64,000 nt of DNA, taken from contig CAMNBS010000001.1 in assembly GCA_946533175.1 (NCBI GenBank), forward strand, positions 35,316 through 99,315, written 5' to 3'. This document shows, one piece after another, positions 38,089 to 48,137 of this stretch (position 1 is the stretch's first letter; every line of letters starts with the position of its first letter). The stretch comes from an uncultured Clostridia bacterium (lineage in GTDB: Bacteria; Bacillota_I; Bacilli_A; RF39; UBA660). The notes beneath the pieces are model-generated. The model had not been told where the DNA came from. It worked only from the letters and a program-made list of their open reading frames with translations, and searched no databases. Made by a program: the position numbers and the translations under genes.

Positions 38089-40485
38089 TTACATCTCCAT
38101 ATATTCTAATAGTCTTAAAAAGATTTTTACACTTCTTGTATCCAATCCTTTTCTTTTTAATTTCCGTAGCGCTATTCTTTTATTACCTAAAGACATCTCT
38201 TCATTAAACATTATTCTAGCTACATCATCTTTAATAACCGTATTTATTTTTAAGTCAGAAATAATACTATCAATATCATCTTTAATAAGTTTTAAACTAT
38301 CAATTTCGATATCTTTTCCATAACAGTTAACAACTAATTGATTCTTTGTATCAACATTTTTTATATACACAATAAAATCAGTTTCAGTTGTCTCAGTTTG
38401 AATATCTTGTAATTCTTGATTATTTTCATATACAACAACATTATCAGATTTTTTTGTATTACGAAAAACTATTTTAAAATTTCTTTTTTCTGGTATAACA
38501 CTAGTATCTCCTTCTAAAGAACGAATAATTAATGTGTAATTACTTGCTCGATAATTATAATCTAACTCTGTAATATGATATTTTCCCTGTTGATATTCCA
38601 TAGTTTCTCCATCATCTTCATATAAATGATATGTATTACTCTCACCAGGAAAAACGTGAATTTCAAAGCTATTAGGATTATTTACACTATATAAACTATC
38701 ATCACCAGCTAAAGGAATAATACTGCCTCTTTTAACAAAAATAGGATAGTCATCTATAGAATAAAAAGCAATATATTTATGATTTCCAAGAAAACGTTTT
38801 CCAGTCTTAAAATCATACCAAACGCCTTCTGGAATATAAAACTTTTGAATAGTTCTTCCAATTACCGAATCCATAGGATTAATAATAGGACTAATCATAA
38901 TAGAACTACCAAAATAATATTGATTAACATAGTTTTCATTATCATAAAAAACAAAATCATGATAATAAAATGGTCTAATTATCGGGGTTCCATTTTTACT
39001 ATATTTATACGCCTCTGTATATAAATAAGGAATTAATTTATGACGAAGTCTTAGATAATAACTAGCAATACTATCCGTTACAACATCCCATTTCCAAGGC
39101 TCTCGTTTAAAGTAATTTCCATACTCAGTATTAAAACGTAGAATAGGGGAAAAGACACCAAATTCTAGACTTCTTAAATAAAAGTCACTATCTTCAATTC
39201 CTCCAATACTACCGCCAACATCATGACTCCAAAAACTTACACCAATATTAGCACTATTTAAATTATAAAATGGTAATATTCTTAAAGTATTCCAATCAAT
39301 TGGATTATGACCAGAATATAAAATATTAAACAAGTGAGCATCATAGGTACTATTACGTGATAAAACCAAATCACGTTTATTTTCTCTTAAAAAATCTTTA
39401 TGCATATAATAGTTCATCAAATATAGTTTATTTTTATCAGAATCATTATAATCATTCCAAAAAAAATCAATTCCCATATATTCTAACGGTTGCAAATAAA
39501 ATTTTAAAAATATATCAATATCTTTCATATTCATTGGATCAAAAGGAATTATCCCTTTTTTATTAGCAGTTATATATTTCAAAGTTTCATTATAATACTT
39601 TTCACAAGGGTAGAAACCAAATTGAGGATTAATTTTTAACCCTATTTTTAAACCTGAATGATGTACTTTAGCAATAAAATCACTAGGATTAGGATATAAT
39701 TTTTCATTAAAAGTAAATCCTGTTTTAACATTTTCTCCAGCTTTTGACCATCCATTATCCAATAAGAAAACAGATAAAGGTATATTATGTAACTTAAATT
39801 TTTCTATTAAGGATAATACTTCTAAATCACTATAGTTATACTCCTTGCTCCACCAATTACCTAAAGCATATCTAGGAATTAATTTTGGATATCCTGTTAA
39901 ATGAAAATAATCTTGTAAACATAATCCAAAATCTTTATCATAAATAAATAAGTATAGATCAACATGGCCTTTAGAAACAGAAGGAATAACAGGATTACTA
40001 TAAATGTCAAAACGCATACTATATGTATCATCAATTGTTGCAATACCATCTGTTGCAAACAAACCATTAACAAGTTTAGGCAAAGATATACAATTATCTA
40101 AACTTTGGGCACAGCTTTTTAAATTCCGAACCTCCTTATTACCATAATACCAAGCAACTTTTTTATCTTTTATTGAAACTGTTAAACTACGGCTAGAAAA
40201 GGGCATATTTTTTACATAAGAAAGCGTAAAATATTTAGTTTCAATTCTTAATATACCTTCATCTTCTTGTTTTATAAAAGATGGTTCTGTAAATAATCTG
40301 TTTTTAACAATAACCGTTTCCATATCATTAAAAACACCATCTACACTATATTCAAGTCTCATTAATCTTTCAGTTAAAACTGATATTCGATATTGACTTC
40401 CACGAAATATTACTTTAGAGGATGATAATAATTGATTTGGTTGACCATTTTTAAAGTGTTCACCTAAATTATACATACTATTCAC
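38089..40485 (-). CDS. Glycoside hydrolase family 31 (alpha-glucosidase/alpha-xylosidase-like), cytoplasmic (no signal peptide)
   Basis: GH31-like catalytic regions: ...YMGIDFFWNDYND... (compare G[IF]W.DMNE) and FWSHDVGGSIGG; 798 aa; N-terminus lacks a signal sequence. Confidence 0.7.
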   Translation of the reverse strand: MNSMYNLGEHFKNGQPNQLLSSSKVIFRGSQYRISVLTERLMRLEYSVDGVFNDMETVIVKNRLFTEPSFIKQEDEGILRIETKYFTLSYVKNMPFSSRSLTVSIKDKKVAWYYGNKEVRNLKSCAQSLDNCISLPKLVNGLFATDGIATIDDTYSMRFDIYSNPVIPSVSKGHVDLYLFIYDKDFGLCLQDYFHLTGYPKLIPRYALGNWWSKEYNYSDLEVLSLIEKFKLHNIPLSVFLLDNGWSKAGENVKTGFTFNEKLYPNPSDFIAKVHHSGLKIGLKINPQFGFYPCEKYYNETLKYITANKKGIIPFDPMNMKDIDIFLKFYLQPLEYMGIDFFWNDYNDSDKNKLYLMNYYMHKDFLRENKRDLVLSRNSTYDAHLFNILYSGHNPIDWNTLRILPFYNLNSANIGVSFWSHDVGGSIGGIEDSDFYLRSLEFGVFSPILRFNTEYGNYFKREPWKWDVVTDSIASYYLRLRHKLIPYLYTEAYKYSKNGTPIIRPFYYHDFVFYDNENYVNQYYFGSSIMISPIINPMDSVIGRTIQKFYIPEGVWYDFKTGKRFLGNHKYIAFYSIDDYPIFVKRGSIIPLAGDDSLYSVNNPNSFEIHVFPGESNTYHLYEDDGETMEYQQGKYHITELDYNYRASNYTLIIRSLEGDTSVIPEKRNFKIVFRNTKKSDNVVVYENNQELQDIQTETTETDFIVYIKNVDTKNQLVVNCYGKDIEIDSLKLIKDDIDSIISDLKINTVIKDDVARIMFNEEMSLGNKRIALRKLKRKGLDTRSVKIFLRLLEYMEM

Positions 40486-40611
40486 CTTACTTATTCCTTA
40501 ACAAATTCTATAACCCCACTATTTTAGTATATCATGTAAAATGCAAAATTGAGCAATTAAATGTTTAAATATTGTAAATTTAGTGTATAATTATTTATGC
40601 GAAGGTGATTT

Positions 40612-40917
40612 ATGGAATATAAAAAAATTCATAATTTAGTTTATCAACAAAATCTCCTAATTAAACCACAGAATTACTGTTCAAAAAAAGAATATAATTT
40701 AACTTTAGATAAAATGTTAATTAATAATTTACAAAAATGTATCGATAAAAAAATTCCAATAGAAATAGATGAAATAGAATTTGCTAATGTTTATAAGATA
40801 TATCTTAAATTGCGAAAAAATAATATTCCTATTGATTATAGCTTTATTATTAATTTATCAAATTTAGCTACTAAAAAACTAGATTATTTAGGAATTATTC
40901 ACGAAATAACGGAGTAG
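40612..40917 (+). CDS. Small hypothetical protein (101 aa) co-transcribed with the radical-SAM gene
   Basis: RBS GAAGGTGA 7 nt upstream; 3-nt gap to the next gene. Confidence 0.4.
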   Translation: MEYKKIHNLVYQQNLLIKPQNYCSKKEYNLTLDKMLINNLQKCIDKKIPIEIDEIEFANVYKIYLKLRKNNIPIDYSFIINLSNLATKKLDYLGIIHEITE

Positions 40918-40920
40918 AGC

Positions 40921-41853
40921 ATGTTTACTTATTCAGATACTAATAAAAGATATCATACATTAGATTATTATTATAAACATAAATTTGGCTGTAAAATAGC
41001 CAAAATATCATTAAATGCTGGTTTTACTTGTCCAAATAAAGATGGGACAAAAGGAGTAGGGGGATGTATTTACTGCTCTAAACTAGGAAGTGGTGATTAT
41101 GCTGGAAAGCCCAATAAAAGTTTAAGTGAACAATTTTATGAAATCAAAAATATAATAGATAAAAAGTGGCCAAATGCAAAATATATAGGCTATTTTCAAG
41201 CCAATACCAATACATATGCCAGTGTTAACGTTTTAAAAGAAAAATATGAAGAAATATTAAATATCAATGGAGTAGTAGGTCTAAATATTGCAACAAGGTC
41301 TGATTCTATTTCTTTGGAATGTCTTGATTACTTAGAAGAATTAAACAAAAAAACTTTTTTAAATGTTGAATTAGGTCTACAAACTATTCATGAAAAAACC
41401 AATAAATTAATTAACAGGAAAGAGACACTAGAAGAATTTGAAAAAATGGTTAAAAAACTTCGTAGTAGAGGAATAAATGTTATAGTTCATATTATTAACG
41501 GATTACCATACGAAACCAAGGAAATGATGCTAGAAACAATTAAATATGTCAATAAGTTAGATATTCAAGGTATTAAAATTCATATGCTCCATATTCTTAA
41601 AAACACCAAATTAGCAGAACTATATCAAAAAGAAAAATTTCACATATTAACTAAAGAAGAATATGTTAACATTGTCTGTGATCAATTAGAACTATTAAGA
41701 AAAGAAATTGTTATTAACAGAATAACAGGTGATCCAAATCCCAATGAATTAATTGAACCACAATGGTTAATTAAAAAATTTGGAGTATTAAATGAAATAG
41801 ATAAAGAAATGGTAAGAAGAAATGCTTACCAAGGAGATAGAGTAGGGGATTAA
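40921..41853 (+). CDS. Radical SAM protein, TIGR01212 (YhcC-like) family
   Basis: Unusual extended cluster CPNKDGTKGVGGCIYCS characteristic of TIGR01212; about 310 aa. Confidence 0.7.
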   Translation: MFTYSDTNKRYHTLDYYYKHKFGCKIAKISLNAGFTCPNKDGTKGVGGCIYCSKLGSGDYAGKPNKSLSEQFYEIKNIIDKKWPNAKYIGYFQANTNTYASVNVLKEKYEEILNINGVVGLNIATRSDSISLECLDYLEELNKKTFLNVELGLQTIHEKTNKLINRKETLEEFEKMVKKLRSRGINVIVHIINGLPYETKEMMLETIKYVNKLDIQGIKIHMLHILKNTKLAELYQKEKFHILTKEEYVNIVCDQLELLRKEIVINRITGDPNPNELIEPQWLIKKFGVLNEIDKEMVRRNAYQGDRVGD

Positions 41854-41858
41854 AAAAA

Positions 41859-41884
41859 ATACTAGTGTTATTTAGAACTAGTAT
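41859..41884. terminator. Bidirectional terminator between the radical-SAM gene and ychF
   Basis: ATACTAGT-(10-nt loop)-ACTAGTAT flanked by an A7 run upstream and a T7 run downstream. Confidence 0.6.
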
Positions 41885-41888
41885 TTTT

Positions 41889-42986
41889 TTAAACATTAAA
41901 TCTAAAATGGCAAATATCCCCATCTTGCATTAAATATTCTTTCCCTTCAAGACGAAATTTTCCTGCCTCTTTAACTTTTATTTCGCTTCCACAAGTTATT
42001 AAATCATTATAAGACATGACTTCAGCTCGAATAAAACCTTTTTCAAAATCACTATGAATAATACCCGCACATTCTTTGGCATTCATTCCATTTTTAAAAG
42101 TCCAGGCTCTAACTTCATCGGTTCCTACAGTAAAATATGTACGAAGTCCTAATAATTCATAAGTTGTTTTTATTAATTCATCGATGCCACTATTTTTTAT
42201 TCCAAGCATATCTAACATTTCTTGTTTTTCATCTTCAGTATAATCAACTAAATCACTTTCTAATTTGGCACTAATTTTAATAGCGCGACTTCCTTCTTTT
42301 CTTGCATAATCAAGAACATCATTATAGTAGTTATTTTCATTATTATATTCATCTTCTAATACATTTGCTAGATAAATAATTGGTTTAATAGTTAAAAAGC
42401 AAAATGGTTTAATTAGCATTATTTCTTCATCATTAAAATTAATCATTCGAAGAGGTATATTCTTTTCTAGGGCATTTTTAGCCTTTTCTAAAACTTCTAC
42501 TTCCAATAAGGCATCTTTATCTTTAGTAGTTGTAGCCTTTTTCTTAATTTTATCCAAGCGATTATTAATTATTTCCAAATCAGCAATAGACAATTCTAAA
42601 TTTATTATTTCAATATCTCGTAAGGGATCACATTTACCTTCCACATGAATTATATTATCATCATTAAAGCATCGAACAACTTCGACAATAGCATCCACTT
42701 CTCGAATATGTGATAAAAACTTATTGCCAAGTCCTTCACCATGCGATGCCCCTTTAACAAGTCCAGCAATATCAGTAAATTCAAAACTAGTAGGAATCAA
42801 TCGAGCGGGATGATACATTTCATTTAATTTTGTAATTCGCTCATCTGGAACATTAACAATTCCGACATTCGGATCAATTGTTGCAAATGGATAATTTGCA
42901 GCTAATATATTTTGCTTTGTAATGGCATTAAATAAAGTTGATTTACCAACATTTGGTAAACCAACAATACCTGCTTTTAAACTCAT
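41889..42986 (-). CDS. ychF: Ribosome-binding ATPase YchF (Obg-family GTPase with C-terminal TGS domain)
   Basis: G1 motif GIVGLPNVGKSTLFNAIT and typical YchF length and C-terminus. Confidence 0.9.
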   Translation of the reverse strand: MSLKAGIVGLPNVGKSTLFNAITKQNILAANYPFATIDPNVGIVNVPDERITKLNEMYHPARLIPTSFEFTDIAGLVKGASHGEGLGNKFLSHIREVDAIVEVVRCFNDDNIIHVEGKCDPLRDIEIINLELSIADLEIINNRLDKIKKKATTTKDKDALLEVEVLEKAKNALEKNIPLRMINFNDEEIMLIKPFCFLTIKPIIYLANVLEDEYNNENNYYNDVLDYARKEGSRAIKISAKLESDLVDYTEDEKQEMLDMLGIKNSGIDELIKTTYELLGLRTYFTVGTDEVRAWTFKNGMNAKECAGIIHSDFEKGFIRAEVMSYNDLITCGSEIKVKEAGKFRLEGKEYLMQDGDICHFRFNV

Positions 42987-42995
42987 AAAACCTCC

Positions 42996-44597
42996 TTATA
43001 TTGTTGGATATACTTCTGGTCCAATTGGTAAACCTATTATATACCAACCAAGAAGAATAAGCAACCATGTAATACTAATTATTACGAAATAAGGAAAAAT
43101 AATCTTTATTGCCCCACCAATGGTAACTGGTTTATCTTGACGATGATTATATATATTTAAATATCCCACAAAGATAACAAAATATGCATAAAGTGGAGAA
43201 ATACCATTTGTCATTGAATCAACAGCACGCATTGAAAATTGCGCAAACTGAGGTGAAATACTTGATTGCATTAAAGCTGGTACAATAACAGGAGCAAAAA
43301 TAATCCACTTTGCCTGAATTCCCGTCAAAAAATAATCACTTATCATCATGATAATAATAGCAATAATTAAATAGAAAATACCACCAAAGGAAAAACTTGA
43401 TAACACATTAGCAAGTATTCCAGCTATAACAGTACCAATATTCGTCCTTTTGAAAATTGCTACAAACTGAGAAGCAACAAAAAGTAATAATAGAATACTT
43501 CCTATTCGAGCTAAAGGCTCTTTACACGCATTAATAACATCTGTATCACTTTTAAATTTCTTTGAGGCAAATCCATATACTAATCCAGATACAACAAATA
43601 AAAGAGATATCATATAAGCAAAACCATCTTGAAAATAAGAATTATCACCAAAAATTTGTCTTAAATATGTTTCTTCACTATAATCAAGTAACAACCCTGA
43701 TCCAGGAAGACCAGGAATAACAGAATAAATGAAGAAAATGACAAATATTGTAGCCACAATCATCGCATGCTTATATCCTCTTTTTTCATTATAATCAGCG
43801 CTTAACATACTTTGTTCTATCTCATCATCGCCAATGATTTCCAAATCATCTAATTCATTTAATTCTTTTTTAACACGATACTTTCCTAATGATGTAGCTA
43901 TTATTTTTTCAACTATAATTGTACCAACAATAGATAAGATGATACTTGATATAATCATAATATACAAATTAGATACCAAACTAATATGGTATGTTCGATC
44001 TATTAATCGAGCAGCAGTTGTTGTGTATGGAATTAATTGTGTTTCTAAAATGCCAACAAAGATACTTGTTCCATATCCAAAAGCACATCCCGCAAATGCT
44101 GCCACGACTCCAATCATAGGATTTCTTTTTTTTGCCTTATACATAAAGGCCGCAAGAGGAATTAAAATAACAAAACCAACTTCATTAATTAAAGAAGAGA
44201 TTGTTCCTAAAAAGATAACTATAAAAGTTAATATATTCTTATTCAAATTAGCAAACATTCTTTTAAATAGTACATCAAAAAATCCACTTGCTTCGCATAT
44301 TGCTAACCCAATCGCCGCAACAAGATACATTGCTAACGGTGCAAAAGCAATAAAGTTTTTTGAGGCATTACCAACTATATATTTAAGTCCATCAAAACTA
44401 AATAAATTTTCCACTTCACTACTTACTTGCACAAGTTCTACTTTGGTGCTATCAACTACATTATAAGTTGTTTGAAAATGAAATAACGAAAGAATACCAC
44501 TTAATATAATAACAATAAGAGTCAAGACAATATATGTCGTTACTGGTTGAAATGAACGTTTTTTTAATTTAATATTCCAATCATTCTTTTTAAACAT
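42996..44597 (-). CDS. AbgT/YfcC-superfamily polytopic transporter (AbgT-like)
   Basis: 533 aa with 12 or more TM helices; N-terminal cytoplasmic segment then re-entrant-like hydrophobic loops typical of the AbgT fold. Tentative call. Confidence 0.45.
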   Translation of the reverse strand: MFKKNDWNIKLKKRSFQPVTTYIVLTLIVIILSGILSLFHFQTTYNVVDSTKVELVQVSSEVENLFSFDGLKYIVGNASKNFIAFAPLAMYLVAAIGLAICEASGFFDVLFKRMFANLNKNILTFIVIFLGTISSLINEVGFVILIPLAAFMYKAKKRNPMIGVVAAFAGCAFGYGTSIFVGILETQLIPYTTTAARLIDRTYHISLVSNLYIMIISSIILSIVGTIIVEKIIATSLGKYRVKKELNELDDLEIIGDDEIEQSMLSADYNEKRGYKHAMIVATIFVIFFIYSVIPGLPGSGLLLDYSEETYLRQIFGDNSYFQDGFAYMISLLFVVSGLVYGFASKKFKSDTDVINACKEPLARIGSILLLLFVASQFVAIFKRTNIGTVIAGILANVLSSFSFGGIFYLIIAIIIMMISDYFLTGIQAKWIIFAPVIVPALMQSSISPQFAQFSMRAVDSMTNGISPLYAYFVIFVGYLNIYNHRQDKPVTIGGAIKIIFPYFVIISITWLLILLGWYIIGLPIGPEVYPTI

Positions 44598-44602
44598 ATA
44601 TA

Positions 44603-44794
44603 TTACGCTTCCTTTTCAACTATTTTTTTAATTTTTTTATTAAATTCAACACGAGGAATCATTACTATCCGCCCACATCCAACACATTTAATTCGAATAT
44701 CAGCACCAAGTCTTACAATTTCCCATAAGTTTTCTCCACATGGATGTCCTTTTTTTAATATAACCAGACTTCCAATATCATATGTTTTATCCAT
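44603..44794 (-). CDS. DUF951 protein (YyzM-like)
   Basis: YDIGSLVILKKGHPCGENLWEIVRLGADIRIKCVGCGRIVMIPRVEF matches the DUF951 pattern with its four Cys; found between ychF and parB as in Bacillus. Confidence 0.75.
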   Translation of the reverse strand: MDKTYDIGSLVILKKGHPCGENLWEIVRLGADIRIKCVGCGRIVMIPRVEFNKKIKKIVEKEA

Positions 44795-44817
44795 TTTTAT
44801 ACTCCCTGGAAAGAAAA

Positions 44818-45711
44818 TTATTTTCCAACATTTAATATTTCTAATATACGATTCAAATCATTAACATCGCGAAATTTTACTTCAAATTTATTTTTATATA
44901 CTCGAACCTTTGCATCCAATTTTTCACAAAGTAATTCTTCAGCATATTTATATTCTTTGTCAGATTCTTTAACTTTTCTTTCAACTTTAACTATTTTTGC
45001 AATCTCATTCCCTTTACTAATCTCTTCTAAATCACGAACTGATAACCCTTCATTAATAACACGATTAGCTAGTTTATTAATAGTGTCTGTATCACTCATT
45101 TTTGAAAGAATACGTGCATGGGTCATAGAAAGTTTATCCTCAACAACCAAAGTTTTAATCTCATCTGGCAAACGTAATAAACCAATTGTATTAGTTACAT
45201 ATGATTGACTTTTTCCAAGAACTTTAGCTAATTCCTCATGAGTTAAATTTTTTGCTTCCATAATTTTCTGATACGCTGTTGCTTCTTCAATAGGATTCAA
45301 ATCTTCTCTTTGTAAATTTTCTAAAAGAGCAATTTCCATCATTTCTGTATCATTAAAATCACGAATTATTGCAGGAATTGTATCGCGTCCGGCAATACGA
45401 GAAGCTTTAACACGTCTCTCACCAGCAATTATTTCATATCCTTTGATACTTTTCTTAACAATAATAGGTTGAAATACACCATGCTCTTGAATAGATAAAG
45501 CAAGTTCATTCAATGCTTCTTGATCAAACACTTGTCTTGGTTGATATGGATTACTACGTAATTCATCCAATCTTACTTCAACAATCTCTTCTTTTGGTGT
45601 TTCTTCTACTATTTTTTCTTCTAACTCATTAAAGTCTAATACTTCTGTACTAAATAATTCTTCCAAACCTTTCCCCAATGCTCTTCTTCTAGGCGTTTCC
45701 ATTTCTTTCAA
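44818..45711 (-). CDS. parB: Chromosome partitioning protein ParB/Spo0J
   Basis: ParB box GERRVKASRIAG and HTH ...THEELAKVLGKSQSYVTNTIGLLRLP. Confidence 0.85.
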   Translation of the reverse strand: MKEMETPRRRALGKGLEELFSTEVLDFNELEEKIVEETPKEEIVEVRLDELRSNPYQPRQVFDQEALNELALSIQEHGVFQPIIVKKSIKGYEIIAGERRVKASRIAGRDTIPAIIRDFNDTEMMEIALLENLQREDLNPIEEATAYQKIMEAKNLTHEELAKVLGKSQSYVTNTIGLLRLPDEIKTLVVEDKLSMTHARILSKMSDTDTINKLANRVINEGLSVRDLEEISKGNEIAKIVKVERKVKESDKEYKYAEELLCEKLDAKVRVYKNKFEVKFRDVNDLNRILEILNVGK

Positions 45712-46486
45712 TCACTTCCTTCGCTAAATTTAAATAAGCTTGTGATCCCTTACTTTTTGGATCATAGGCGATGATTGGCTTACCATGACTTGGAGCTTCA
45801 GCCAATCTTATTAATCTTGGTATTATTGTTGTATATACTTTTTCCTTAAAATAACTTCTAATTTCTTCAATTACTTCAATACTTAAGTTAGTCTTAGCAT
45901 CAAACATTGTTAAAAGAACACCTTCTAACTTTAAATTTGGATTCAATTTCTTTTTAGTTAACATAATTGCATTTAATAATTGAGTAATACCCTCTAAAGC
46001 AAAAAATTCACATTGCACTGGTATAATAACAGAATCACTGGCAGTTAAGGCATTAGTAGTAATTAATCCAAGGGAAGGGGGACAATCAATAATAATATAA
46101 TCATAATTATCCCTACATTTATCAAGTTCTATTTTAAATTGAAAAGACTTTTGAAAATTAGGATCCTCTCTTCCTTTTTCTATAAGTTCAATATCAATAC
46201 CTGCTAATTGTAATGATGATGGAAGTAAATCCAAATTACGAAATTTAGTCTTTAAAATTACATCAAAAATATTTCCTGTTCCATTGAATATATCATAAAC
46301 ACTTTTTTCAATATCACCTTTATTATAACCAACACCAGTTGTTGCATTACCCTGAGGATCTAAATCAATTAATAATACTTTTTTCCCCTCCAAGGCCAAT
46401 GATGCTGACAAATTTATACTTGTTGTAGTTTTTCCTACACCACCTTTTTGATTAACTAAAGAAATAACTTTTCCCATTTTTATCAC
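45689..46486 (-). CDS. parA: Chromosome partitioning ATPase ParA/Soj
   Basis: Deviant Walker A KGGVGKTTTSINL; about 260 aa. Confidence 0.9.
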   Translation of the reverse strand: MIKMGKVISLVNQKGGVGKTTTSINLSASLALEGKKVLLIDLDPQGNATTGVGYNKGDIEKSVYDIFNGTGNIFDVILKTKFRNLDLLPSSLQLAGIDIELIEKGREDPNFQKSFQFKIELDKCRDNYDYIIIDCPPSLGLITTNALTASDSVIIPVQCEFFALEGITQLLNAIMLTKKKLNPNLKLEGVLLTMFDAKTNLSIEVIEEIRSYFKEKVYTTIIPRLIRLAEAPSHGKPIIAYDPKSKGSQAYLNLAKEVIERNGNA

Positions 46487-46593
46487 CTGCTTAATTTTTG
46501 TCCAATATAATCATACCAAAAAATGAAGAAGAAAGGAATAGAAAAAAAGAAAAAAATAATTTTCCTTTTTTTAAAATTTATAAAAGAGAATTT

Positions 46594-48039
46594 CTAAAAA
46601 TTCCCTTTCTTATCTATTTTGATAGTAATTTGATACATATCATCAAAGTTAATTTCATCTGTATCAATTTTAAGTTTACTTTTTTCCTTAATTCGATCAA
46701 TCGTTTCTTTTAATTCTTCAATTATTTCATCGATATTATCAATCATATCAGGTCTTGAAATATCAACATAATCAGGATTATCTTCTACATAATTATTGGC
46801 GTTAAAATTACTAGTTATTGGTGGAGTAACATCATTTAACATAACATTATTCTCATTAATATTATTACTTGAAGGCATTTCGTTATTATAGTTAGGAATA
46901 ATATTGGTAATATTATTTAATTCATTTTGATTACTATTTTGCTCATTCAAGGAATCAGTATAATTATTCTGAACATTTGTGAATTCATTAGTTGGAGTAG
47001 GGGAGCTTGTATCTACTGAATCATTAATATTTTGTTCATTAGAATTATTATTATAATTATTTAAGAAGCTCATAAAGTTATTACTATCATTACTATCCAA
47101 TACATTATTTTCAGGACTTTCTGATACACCAATATTATTTATATAATTATTATCATTACTATATGAATTAGAATTTTCATAATTATTTAAGAATGAATTA
47201 TTTTCTGATGGTGCTGTTTCATTCAAACTTGCTTTGTCATAATTATTTAAAAAGCTTGTAAAATTATTATTGTCATTATTAGTTAAATTTTCAGATGAAT
47301 GCATTCCATTATCAAAATTATTCAAGAAACCAATTCCACTATTTTCATTAGGAATACTGTTATTCATATTATTATTTAAATTATTATCAATAAAACGATT
47401 ATTTATTCCATTTGGTATCCAATTATTAGTATTATTATTTTCTTCATTCATCATTTTTATTTCACTATCCAATTCTCTAACGGTCATTCTTTTTTCTTTT
47501 ATTTTATTGAGTAATTCTATTTGTTTTTCACTATTTTTAACTGCTAATAAACTTCGAGCATGTCTTTCACTTATCTCATTCTTCATTAGAGCATCTTGTA
47601 CTTCAATTGGTAAAGTAAGAAGTCTTAATTTATTAGCTAAAGTAGACTGACTAATTCCCAACGATTTAGCCAACTCTTCTTGAGTCATATTATTACTCTT
47701 TAGTATACGTTCAGAAGTACGAGCTTCTTCAATAGCCGAAACATCTCTTCGTTGAGCATTCTCTATATATGCAACAATAGAACTCTCTTTATCATCCAGA
47801 TTTTTTACGATAGCCGGAATTTTAGTTAATCCTGCAAGAGCAGATGCCTTATATCTACGTTCACCAGCAATTATTTCATACTTATTTTCAAAAGGACGCA
47901 CTAGAATTGGTTCCAAAACACCATGTTGTCTTATAGAATCAGCAAGTTCATTCAATGCTACTTCGTCAAAAATTTCTCTTGGCTGAAAACGATTAGGAAT
48001 AATATCATCTAATTTTATGTACATGATTTCATTTTCCAT
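46594..48039 (-). CDS. ParB/Noc-family paralogue with a ~250-aa Asn/Ser-rich repeat insert
   Basis: N-terminal ParB box (IIAGERRYKASALAG) and HTH (QEELAKSLGISQSTLANKLRLLTLP). Then a low-complexity region with four copies of an (N)F(T/M)SFLNNY-like motif, and a short charged C-terminal domain. Confidence 0.7.
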   Translation of the reverse strand: MENEIMYIKLDDIIPNRFQPREIFDEVALNELADSIRQHGVLEPILVRPFENKYEIIAGERRYKASALAGLTKIPAIVKNLDDKESSIVAYIENAQRRDVSAIEEARTSERILKSNNMTQEELAKSLGISQSTLANKLRLLTLPIEVQDALMKNEISERHARSLLAVKNSEKQIELLNKIKEKRMTVRELDSEIKMMNEENNNTNNWIPNGINNRFIDNNLNNNMNNSIPNENSGIGFLNNFDNGMHSSENLTNNDNNNFTSFLNNYDKASLNETAPSENNSFLNNYENSNSYSNDNNYINNIGVSESPENNVLDSNDSNNFMSFLNNYNNNSNEQNINDSVDTSSPTPTNEFTNVQNNYTDSLNEQNSNQNELNNITNIIPNYNNEMPSSNNINENNVMLNDVTPPITSNFNANNYVEDNPDYVDISRPDMIDNIDEIIEELKETIDRIKEKSKLKIDTDEINFDDMYQITIKIDKKGNF

Positions 48040-48137
48040 TATTTTTACCTCTTTTCATTCTAATACACCTATATTAAATATTATACAAAAAGAAAAACAT
48101 TTTTTCAATGTTTTTCGTAATTATTTTTGGATTACAT

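Noticed and set aside
43834-44466. 210-aa plus-strand ORF
   Set aside because: Antisense to the AbgT-like transporter. Its hydrophobic translation mirrors TM-rich coding DNA.
46498-46713. 71-aa plus-strand ORF between parA and the noc paralogue
   Set aside because: Overlaps the 3' end of the ParB/Noc paralogue on the opposite strand; low-complexity translation; no RBS.
44818-48039. parS sites (TGTTNCACGTGAAACA) in or near parB and noc
   Set aside because: Scanned by eye for GTGAAAC and GTTTCAC cores. Only a lone half-site-like AGTGAAACA at about 17306 (unrelated location). No full palindrome seen in this window.
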